From the NCBI GenBank assembly GCA_020184695.1, contig JAANOX010000268.1:186001-250000 (forward strand): a DNA stretch of 64,000 nucleotides, in the 5' to 3' direction. The notes under the pieces were generated by a model. That model saw nothing but the letters and a program-made list of their open reading frames with translations, was not told the DNA's origin and searched no databases. This DNA is from Histomonas meleagridis 2922-C6/04-290x. Lineage: Eukaryota > Protista > Parabasalia. Shown here one piece after another: positions 12,040 to 21,369 of this stretch (its first letter is position 1; each line of letters opens with the position of its first letter). A program made the translations under genes and the position numbers.

Positions 12040-14331
12040 ATGATTTCACAATGGCTTATCTTTATAATACCAGATTTATGTCTGTGTGACATTCCGACTC
12101 TATCTCCATTTCTAACGAATTATTATCAGCAAAAAGTTCAAATCTTGACAAAGATAATTGATAATTCACATCATACTTACCAAAATACAATATGCTCTTC
12201 TATATTGGACCATCCCTCTGCTCTGCAAAATGTATCAAATGTGTTTAATTCTTTTTTAGACATCAATAACCTAATGATTTTAATTGTATTTTTTGTTATT
12301 ATCTCATTTCTCAATAAAGTTAAATATATTTCCTTAAATTCATGTATCAGGTACATTAAAAACATGGATAAAAAATTTGCTCTTATAATTTTTGTTTTAT
12401 TTTTTGCACATTCAATAGAAGGATTTTCCTCCGAAACTTCAACACTTACTATTACTAATTCCCAAGAATTAAGTGATAGATCACAATACAAAAGTTTAGC
12501 ACAGCATGTTATAATTGACGGCGAAGTCACATCAATTCCATCTTCAGCTTTTGCTGGTTGGACAAGTTTAATAACAGCTGAAATTGGAAATAGCATCTTA
12601 ACGATTGGAGGCACTGCTTTTAGTGAATGTACAAATTTAGAATCGGTTACACTTGGGAAAAATGTTCAAAAAATTTCTAGTCATGCTTTTCAAGGATGTT
12701 ATAAATTGGGCAGTATGACATTTCCAGCTTCAGTTACATCAATTGAAGATAGTCTTTTTATAAATTGTCAAAACATTCAGTTTTTAAAAGTCGCTGAAGG
12801 CAATCAATTTTATAGTAATTTAAACAATGATGATGTTGTTTATGATAAAAGTTTCCAAACCCTTTTGTTCTATCCATCTGCCAAACAATCCACTGCATAT
12901 AAAATTCCATCAACAGTTACTTCAATTTATTCATGCGCATTTCATTCATCGAAATATTTAGTTGAAATTAGTGGTGGTGAAAATGTTATAAGTATTGGAA
13001 CTTATGCATTATGCTTTTGCAGAAGTCTAATTTCATTTATCATTCCAGATGGATTGACTTCAGTTCCGAGTGGTCTATTTTCAGGATGCACAAGTTTAAC
13101 GACTGTTTGTATCGGTAAACATATAAAAGAGATAGAAGCATATTCATTCAATTTGTGTACTGGTCTGAAATGCCTATACTTTTTTGGTGATACAGAGCCA
13201 ACTATTAATGAAAATGCTTTTTATTCTTCAATTGATATTGAAGTTATGGTATTCGTGCAATATCAGAGTAGCAAATTTGGAAGATTTAAAGTAACTACGA
13301 CAATATTATCAGAGTGTATGTCACCATCAAATATATTTACTCAGTCGAATACATTCACTAAGTCAAACGTGTTTACTAGATCAAATACATTCACTAAGTC
13401 AAGTGCATTTACAAAATCAAATACATTTACTAAGTCAAGTGCATTTACTAAGTCGAATACATTCACTAAGTCAAACGTATTTACTAGATCAAATACATTT
13501 ACTAAGTCAAGTGCATTTACAAAATCAAATACATTTACTAAGTCAAGTGCATTTACTAAGTCGAATACATTCACTAAGTCAAACGTATTTACTAGATCAA
13601 ATACATTCACTAAGTCAAGTGCATTTACAAAATCAAATACATTTACTAAGTCAAGTGCATTTACTAAGTCAAGTGCATTTACAAGATCAAATACATTCAC
13701 TAAGTCAAGTGCATTTACTAAATCAAATACATTTACTAAGTCAAGTGCATTTACTAGCTCAAATACATTTTCTCAAAGTAGCACATTCACTAAATCAAAT
13801 ACATTCACTAAGTCAAGCACATATATAAATAAGAATTCGAATGAATTTTATACATCATATTCAATAACTTTACGAATTTCCTTATCATTTACAGAAACCA
13901 TTATGAATTATTCATTTGTTTCAAACACTTATATTGTTTCGATGTTATCATCATCCATCATATATCTAAATACAGAATTCGTATATTACAATTATACAAT
14001 CCTTCGGTATTCAACATATTTTAGTTTCTACTCTGATTTCTTTATAATTATTAACCAAAATGAGCAAGACAATAATAACCAAAGTAAATCAAACACAACA
14101 ATCATCATCATAGTATGCGTTGTAGTAGTTGTTGTTTTAATTATAATTCTTATTGTCGTTTTTCTTATTCGTTTTCGTGGCAAAAAAGAAAATATGGATA
14201 ACGCCGAATCTGATCAATATAATAACGAAGATAAAGGCGTTGATACATATTCTGTTGTTACAAATATATCAAATATTGACGAGGATCCATTTGCTGAAGA
14301 TTTCAAGGAGGAGCATTTTGTTAATATTTAA
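12040..14331 (+). CDS. BspA-like (TpLRR) surface protein 1 with S/T repeat stalk, TM helix and acidic DPF tail
   Basis: TpLRR repeats (IPSSAFAGWTSL, IGGTAFSECTNL), C-terminal TM IIIIVCVVVVVVLIIILIVVFLI and tail DEDPFAEDF. Alternative start ATG 12364 (MDKKFALIIFVLFF). Confidence 0.88.
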   Translation: MISQWLIFIIPDLCLCDIPTLSPFLTNYYQQKVQILTKIIDNSHHTYQNTICSSILDHPSALQNVSNVFNSFLDINNLMILIVFFVIISFLNKVKYISLNSCIRYIKNMDKKFALIIFVLFFAHSIEGFSSETSTLTITNSQELSDRSQYKSLAQHVIIDGEVTSIPSSAFAGWTSLITAEIGNSILTIGGTAFSECTNLESVTLGKNVQKISSHAFQGCYKLGSMTFPASVTSIEDSLFINCQNIQFLKVAEGNQFYSNLNNDDVVYDKSFQTLLFYPSAKQSTAYKIPSTVTSIYSCAFHSSKYLVEISGGENVISIGTYALCFCRSLISFIIPDGLTSVPSGLFSGCTSLTTVCIGKHIKEIEAYSFNLCTGLKCLYFFGDTEPTINENAFYSSIDIEVMVFVQYQSSKFGRFKVTTTILSECMSPSNIFTQSNTFTKSNVFTRSNTFTKSSAFTKSNTFTKSSAFTKSNTFTKSNVFTRSNTFTKSSAFTKSNTFTKSSAFTKSNTFTKSNVFTRSNTFTKSSAFTKSNTFTKSSAFTKSSAFTRSNTFTKSSAFTKSNTFTKSSAFTSSNTFSQSSTFTKSNTFTKSSTYINKNSNEFYTSYSITLRISLSFTETIMNYSFVSNTYIVSMLSSSIIYLNTEFVYYNYTILRYSTYFSFYSDFFIIINQNEQDNNNQSKSNTTIIIIVCVVVVVVLIIILIVVFLIRFRGKKENMDNAESDQYNNEDKGVDTYSVVTNISNIDEDPFAEDFKEEHFVNI
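13335..13825 (+). repeat. 18-bp tandem repeat (TKSNTF/TKSSAF/TKSNVF/TRSNTF), about 27 units with a 108-bp higher-order unit
   Basis: Read directly from the sequence. The six-unit block starting AAGTCAAACGT(G/A)TTTACTAGA recurs three times. Confidence 0.92.
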
Positions 14332-14790
14332 ATAGGTTTTAGTTTCTTTAACTCTCAGAGCAAATATTAGTTTAAACTTAATGTTTGCCAAACTTAGTGC
14401 CATAATAATAAATAAAAATTTATATATTAGTATAACTATTTTTTATATGATATATATTATTTTAAACTTCTTTGTGTTAATGTGAAAATTTTTTATTACT
14501 TAATACATATAAACACTAATTTATCAAATAGCTAAACAATTTATATACACAATACAATAATAATTATAATTTTTTATTATTATTTTTGTATTTCATGAAA
14601 ATATTGTCATTGATCCATTAGAATTCCAAAAATTATTTAGATATTTAATAAATCGAGAAAAATGATATATTAATATACATAACGTAACGAAATTGCAAAA
14701 AGATTTAAACAACATAAATATCATTGGCAACAATCCACACATTTTCTCCTGTACATAATATAAAAAAATATTAGAATTTATATTTATTAT

Positions 14791-17646
14791 TTACAAATAA
14801 AGTGAAGCTGTTGATATTATACCTCTTTTGATTAAGTTTGACGCATCCAAAAACTTCTTTTCTTGTTCGGTATGTTGATTATTATTCAAAATGGTGGAAG
14901 CCTTCGCCATTTGGTTGATTAGCTCGTCCAATCTCTTCATTGTTCTAATGATTGAACCTTCGAATTCGTTTTCGTTAGATTTCATCAAATCCGAAAACGA
15001 TATTCCATTTACCCAATCCAACGCAATGTTAATGAAAGATGTATTAAATTCTCGTTTAAATTTTTCCACATCGATATCAACTCCACATTCCAAAGAAATT
15101 GTTGCAGTGTTTTGTATCACTTTCTGTAATTGTTTCCAATACGGAATAATTTTATCAGGAAGTTCAAGTGTACTATCCGAATTATTTTCATTTACATTAT
15201 CACAGACAAATGTTGTAAGTATTGCAGCGATATATTGTGGTGTTAATTCATTAAAGAATCCATTTAATAATAACTCAGTTAATATAATTTCATTCGCACT
15301 ATTAATTGTTGATGCAACTCTTCCTTTAAGTGTAACATTACCTTCATTATCGATAAAATCAAGTCGGATTAAAACTGATCGCATTGCTTCTAAATCATTT
15401 TGATTAACTAAATGACGCATTGATTCGATTTTCGCTGTTAATCGATCAGATTCTTCAATATAACTTCGCTTAATTTTATATTTGTTAATTGCATTAATAT
15501 CAATTTCTCCTAATGTTTGAAGTGTATTCGTAAGTCGATCATATTGTTTTTTGTTTTGTTCATATTCTTCTTTCTCGATTTTAATATATTGAAGTGGTTC
15601 ATAAACAAGAATTCCTTCTTTTTCAAGCTTGTTAACACTTCGCATTACACGCGCAAGAAATTCATTACTGATCGAATCGAATGATATTTCTAATTGATAC
15701 GTTGATACTTGTTCGATATCTTGAATTGGTATTTTAATAAGATATGGCTTCCGAAACGTTGCTAAAGAACTTGGAACAATTCGATGATCTCCAGTTTCTT
15801 CAGCATATGTAATTATTATCATATCATCGTTTTTCTTTTGTGGCGCAGATGCTATTACGCCCCAACCAAATGATTTAACTTTTAATATTCGTCCAGGTTG
15901 AATAAGTGGTTTAATATTAGAATAATCTGTTTCAATTCGACGCATGTTTTGTTCGAGTACATTGATTTCATCTTCAAGTTTAACAGCTTTCTCTGTTAAT
16001 TCGGCATTTGTTAACATAATGGCGTCAGCTGCTTCAAGCATTTCATCACGTTTAGATATCAGTTTTGGAAGTTCTCGAATCATTTGGAACTGATGGAATG
16101 ATTTACGCATTAATTCTTTTGGCGATAAAAATGATGTAATCATTAAGTTAAGAAGCATGTTATAAGTAACTCGAAACTCACTATTAAGTGGTTGTGCAGA
16201 AGAAGTCATTAAAGCACGAAGTTCAGGCGGAGCTGTTTCACCAGTATAATTTATTGCAACTGCACCAAACTTATCACGATTGCGTCGACCAGCTCTACCA
16301 CTCATTTGGATGAATTCGCCACTATAAATAAGACGACGTTCATTCCCATCGAATTTATACAAATCATTAAATATGACTGATTTGGCAGGCATGTTAAGAC
16401 CCATCGAAAATGTCTCTGTGGCAAATAATACTTTGATTAATCCTTGCCCAAATAAAATTTCGACAATCTCTTTCATTAATGGCATTAAGCCGCCATGATG
16501 AACTCCGATGCCGCGTAAAGCTAATTGAAGCGTGGTTTGGATTTGAGGTAAACCACGATCGCATTCATCAAGCTTATAAAGAGCATTCTCAAAGATAAGA
16601 TTAACTTGAGCTTTTTCTTCTTCACGATTAAATGAGCGACCGTTAAAGGCTTCATGTATTTTGTTGCAGTCTCTACGTGAAAAAACGAAGACAATAAGGG
16701 GATACAACTGACTTTCCATCATCTGTGTAACAACTTGACATGTATGGGCATGGATGAACTTTTTTGAAGGCTTGCTTTTTTGTGGGCCAGATAAAGATTT
16801 AACTGGTGCACCATGAAGTGTGGTTGTTGGGCCATTTATTGAAACTTGTGATGTAGCAATCTCAAATGCATTATCAACTATGTCCCCATCAGAATTTCTT
16901 ACAAGATATAACTTGGGTGATCCAAGAGGTGAAATAAAATATTGAAGAGGAACAGGCCTATGTTCAGTGTAAACAACATGACATGTTTGCTTGTGAAGAT
17001 CTGCAATCCATTCACTGAATTCTCGTGCATTTGGAATGGTGGCTGATAAGAAAACAAACCGAATTTTATCAGGCAAAAGAATAATAGACTCTTCCCAAAC
17101 AACGCCACGTGCTGGGTCCTTCATATAGTGAACTTCATCATATATAACCCATGATAATGTATTTATTAACTCATCACCTGAGAAAAGCATCATTCTGAGA
17201 ATTTCTGTTGTCATTACAAGGCAAGATGCTGATGGGTTTATGGTAACGTCACCAGTCATTAAACCAACATCATGAAAATCATTAAGTAAATCTTGATATT
17301 TCTGATTTGAAAGTGCTTTGATGGGAGATGTATACACTACACGAGAATTGTTTTTTAAAGCAAGTGCAATTGCATATTGTGCAATCGCTGTTTTTCCTGC
17401 TGACGTATGTGCAGATACAAGAACTGATTCGTTTTTATGAACGCAACTAACAGCGCATTTCTGGAACTCATCAAGTTCAAAGCCATAATTGAATGCAAGT
17501 TCTTCTGGAAATTCTGGATTTTCTATTGATGCAGTCCCATCTGGAAGAGCTGCAAAATGAAGAACATTATCACCATCACTTTCAAATTGAATTGTATTAA
17601 CATTAGGTGTATAATCGATTAATTCATCTGGTAGGGGCTGAAACAT
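14791..17646 (-). CDS. MTR4: Mtr4/Ski2-family DExH RNA helicase
   Basis: LDEFQ, SAHTSAGKT, YTSPIKALSNQKY, DEVHYM, FLSAT, GVHHGGL, ATETFSMGLNMPA, QMSGRAGRR and C-terminal FEGSIIR...IKRGI DSHCT domain. Confidence 0.92.
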   Translation of the reverse strand: MFQPLPDELIDYTPNVNTIQFESDGDNVLHFAALPDGTASIENPEFPEELAFNYGFELDEFQKCAVSCVHKNESVLVSAHTSAGKTAIAQYAIALALKNNSRVVYTSPIKALSNQKYQDLLNDFHDVGLMTGDVTINPSASCLVMTTEILRMMLFSGDELINTLSWVIYDEVHYMKDPARGVVWEESIILLPDKIRFVFLSATIPNAREFSEWIADLHKQTCHVVYTEHRPVPLQYFISPLGSPKLYLVRNSDGDIVDNAFEIATSQVSINGPTTTLHGAPVKSLSGPQKSKPSKKFIHAHTCQVVTQMMESQLYPLIVFVFSRRDCNKIHEAFNGRSFNREEEKAQVNLIFENALYKLDECDRGLPQIQTTLQLALRGIGVHHGGLMPLMKEIVEILFGQGLIKVLFATETFSMGLNMPAKSVIFNDLYKFDGNERRLIYSGEFIQMSGRAGRRNRDKFGAVAINYTGETAPPELRALMTSSAQPLNSEFRVTYNMLLNLMITSFLSPKELMRKSFHQFQMIRELPKLISKRDEMLEAADAIMLTNAELTEKAVKLEDEINVLEQNMRRIETDYSNIKPLIQPGRILKVKSFGWGVIASAPQKKNDDMIIITYAEETGDHRIVPSSLATFRKPYLIKIPIQDIEQVSTYQLEISFDSISNEFLARVMRSVNKLEKEGILVYEPLQYIKIEKEEYEQNKKQYDRLTNTLQTLGEIDINAINKYKIKRSYIEESDRLTAKIESMRHLVNQNDLEAMRSVLIRLDFIDNEGNVTLKGRVASTINSANEIILTELLLNGFFNELTPQYIAAILTTFVCDNVNENNSDSTLELPDKIIPYWKQLQKVIQNTATISLECGVDIDVEKFKREFNTSFINIALDWVNGISFSDLMKSNENEFEGSIIRTMKRLDELINQMAKASTILNNNQHTEQEKKFLDASNLIKRGIISTASLYL

Positions 17647-18210
17647 GTTTTGCTAAAATTTATATTGAATATTTAACTGGTCGACCATAGTTTTCCAAAA
17701 TTTTCTTTATCAAGTTCACTTCTTACCATAATGAATGGTTGAATATTATATATAAACATTATATGTTTTTGTGGTAAGATACAAAACTCTAAAGATTTTC
17801 ATTTTCAAAAAAATTGAATAATCGAAATGAGTTTTTTACATAAAAAAAAATGGTCAAAAATATAATGATTTTACATAGAACTGTTTTCATTAATATATTG
17901 AACATATTAATATTTATTCAGAAATTTATCTTAAATTTGATAATTCAAATGTCTTTAATTTATAAAATATGATAAAATGATATTATCTCAAAACATTAAG
18001 AAGTATAACTGGTATTTATGAAGAAATATTTTTTGTTTTGTATGCTGAAAAAGAAAATGACGCTCGAAGTCGATTTATAAAAGTGGTTACAGCATAGAAA
18101 TACCAGCGGTTTGACGATATCGGTTTTCTCTCTATTAACGTCTTTCTTCACTGAATTTGTATACAAAACTGATTTACGTTAAGACCTGTACGTTAAAACA
18201 GAATTCATTC

Positions 18211-18960
18211 ATGCTGACAGCACAAAGGAGCCAATCCACAATCACATGCATTCCTTCTCTTTTCCCTCTTCCTGACCTCGAGGATTTTGATGATTCGCCT
18301 ATGGCACCTTCAAAAGAAATAGCATCATCTCCAGATCCAAAGAAAATGTTGGTTCTTCCAATTCTACCACGTAACTCAACAATCCCACGAGTGTCACCTT
18401 CAGTGGTTGCTGATGTGTTGTCTCACAAATATGATAAATTTTTTGATTATATTTATATAGTTGACTGTCGCTATGAATATGAATATATTGGCGGGCACAT
18501 TAAAAATGCAATCCATAACAAATCACTAGGAGATCTTAAAATGCTCTTCTTTGAGAAGCCATTGAAAAAATGTTTGATCATTTTTCATTGTGAGTTTTCT
18601 AAAAATAGAGGCAAGAGTGTTGCTGAAATTTTTAGGAACACCGACCGTAACATTAACAGGGATGTACATCCATTTTTATTTTATCCAGATGTATATATTC
18701 TTGAAGGTGGTTACAACAAATTTTATAAGAAATACCCACACTTATGCGATGGTGGATATGTAAAAATGCATGATAAAAAATATAAAGAAAATGGTGAATT
18801 AGGTCATTCAACATCATCATTCAGAGCTCAAGTTAACGAAAAGTTTTTGAGAATCCCGCTTGAAGAAAAGGCTAAAAATAGGTCAGCATCACTTTGTAAT
18901 TCACCACGCCCTTGCAAAACGAGGAAATTTGTACTTTCTCCGATGGCAAAAAATTTTTGA
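18211..18960 (+). CDS. CDC25: Cdc25-type (rhodanese-fold) phosphatase
   Basis: IVDCRYEYEYIGGHIKNA, catalytic HCEFSKNRG and YPDVYILEGGYNKF. First ATG at 18211. Confidence 0.9.
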   Translation: MLTAQRSQSTITCIPSLFPLPDLEDFDDSPMAPSKEIASSPDPKKMLVLPILPRNSTIPRVSPSVVADVLSHKYDKFFDYIYIVDCRYEYEYIGGHIKNAIHNKSLGDLKMLFFEKPLKKCLIIFHCEFSKNRGKSVAEIFRNTDRNINRDVHPFLFYPDVYILEGGYNKFYKKYPHLCDGGYVKMHDKKYKENGELGHSTSSFRAQVNEKFLRIPLEEKAKNRSASLCNSPRPCKTRKFVLSPMAKNF

Positions 18961-19429
18961 TTTAATAAACGTTACTATGTGTGAACCACCCCTAGCACTT
19001 TTTGTTGGCTTGAAATCTAAAACCGCCTTTCCGATAGGAAATTTTGTTTCAAGACCATAATATCGGCCCAAAAAAGTGACTATACAAACGTGCTACTTAT
19101 GAAAGAAATTGTTGTTTTTTGTCATACAAAAATGAAAAAACAAAACCTTTAATGAAGGAAACTGAGTCAGAAGAATTAGGAAACAAAAACAATACAAATT
19201 AATACAACAATCAAATAATTTGTTATTAATGAAATATGGCTTTGAAACAAAATATTAATGTTGATAAACAATGAAAACAAATTCAGTCTCAGAATATAAG
19301 AATATAAATTAAAAACATTTTTTATTATGAGAATAAAAGTAATTAAATTCTGATCAAATAAAATTTCACTCACCATTGATTGAAAACCTTTCAACCTTTC
19401 TAGCGAATCAACTTTGTAAGTTGCGAGTA

Positions 19430-21177
19430 CAGTTAGGGATTTAAACGTGTCCCCAGGAATCAAAGCAGTCCCACACGTTAAAATACGTTAATAAATAATC
19501 TTTAATAAAGCCTCATTTTTCTGAATGTCAACATTAACACCAGCAATGCCACTAGATGAAATTAAACAAAAATGAGATACTATTGGTATTTCTCAAAAAC
19601 TCGATTATTATTATAGAATACTGACTTTATGAACTTAGAATATAAAAATCATCAGCTTTGTTTTTTCTACAAATATGCATCTGAATTTGATGATGTTACT
19701 TTCACTTTTAATCGACTAGCATTCGTCTTTAATATGTGCCGTAAAACGGTATCTAGAAGTATCTCAAACGGCACACAAGATTCAAAACTTTTAGGTTCAC
19801 ATAGAGCATTAGATGAAGATAAAGGAGAAATAATTGTTCAAGCAATGAGTGATTCATCTGATGTGGGTCATGCAATGATCTGAAAACAGTTATTATCTTC
19901 TATCAAAGAAAAATTTGATTTATCTGTAACGAAGGGATAAATAAATTAATTTTATCTTAAAAATAGAGATAAAATTAAAAAATGTATATCACTTTATCAA
20001 GAGAACACAAGAATGACAGTTCCTAGAGAGCATTTAAGAGAACACTTCCAAAACATGCATTAACATGTGGATGGAATGTTAACAGAATTAGTTTTTACTT
20101 TAGATCATATAGGAACTTCATTTTGGGGAGATCGAAAACCGGAGAAAGTTTCTGTTGATGCTAAAACTAATCCAAACAATGTTCATCATTTATCAACAAG
20201 AAAAGTAACTAATGTGACACTCCTTACATGTGTTTCAGCAGCAGGTGATGCTCTTACTTCCATGTTGATACAAAAACACTTATATGATGATGATTTATAA
20301 ATAAACGGTTTACGACAAGATGAAGATGTAATGATTCGTATTCAAAATCCACTCTACGTTGATTCTGTGTGATTTGATGAATATATTCATATATTGTATT
20401 GATTCCATATATCAAATGTGTATAGGAAAAATATGAAGTTGAAAAGTATGGAGCGATTTTATTAATGAATTCTTCTGGTGCGCATTGTAACGTTGATATT
20501 CTGAAAGTTTTGAAAAAAAATTGTTTTATATTTTTTTTCCATAGCACAAGCCTTTTCCAAGCCCTTGCTTTGTCATTATTTGGCGTTTTTAAAAAAATCA
20601 AAAATACTGTTAAAGATGAAGAAAGTCACAAAATGGTATAAAATGCAATTATCGTTATATTGAAGGCAAGCGAGCAGACCACAACATCATTTAACATTCG
20701 TGGGGCTTTCAGATTAGCAGGAATAATTACTAATACTGTTGATGGTAAGAGAGTTGTTGAATTTGTTGCCCAAGAGCTGGTTTCGAATCCGGGATTTCAT
20801 GAACTTTGGAATTTTAATATAAAAATCGATGAAGTCAAAAAGAAAAAGCAACACAAATTCGGCATCGTGAATTCTGAATACCTTCCACCTGGTTGTACTT
20901 TAATTAGCAACGAAACTCCAAAATATGAAGATGAAGATGAATTAAATCAACTTTTGCAATAAAAATTAAATTGCACTTTTTTATTTATCTATATGAGATA
21001 TCATGATTTAAATGAATATTTATACTCAAAAGAATAATCTAAATTATTTATATGAATATGAATTATTAACCCCAATGAATAAATGAGATATTTATGTTTG
21101 TTTCAAAAATTTCTTACATCTACGTGTAAACGTATGAAACGACTTTAATTTATGGGACACGTTTAAAATCGTAACTG
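19430..21177 (+). mobile_element. Decayed pogo/Tc5-type (DDE_1) DNA transposon, 1748 bp
   Basis: 24-bp TIRs: left CAGTTAGGGATTTAAACGTGTCCC, right (reverse complement) CAGTTACGATTTTAAACGTGTCCC, 21/24 identical. Flanking TA at 19428-19429 and 21178-21179. Fragmented transposase motifs LVFTLDHIG, NVTLLTCVSAAGDAL, ILLMNSSGAH and FQALALSLFGVFK. Confidence 0.88.
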
Positions 21178-21369
21178 TAAAACTTATCGCTCATTCGAAA
21201 ATAAATCAGTTAATTTAGTCAATTCATTTTGAATAGTTTATATTAATTATTTCCTAACTTTTTGATAACCTGACAAATAACTCATTTCCCAATAATTCCA
21301 CTCGTCCCAATTAATTTCATAATTATTATAATCAGAAATAAAATAACAAATGTTTCTCTTCCATTATTT

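Noticed and set aside
13341-13828. Overlapping ORFs in alternative frames and strands of the BspA stalks (also 22571-23116) and of the C2 Q/P repeat (62413-62928)
   Set aside because: They are by-products of stop-free tandem repeats.
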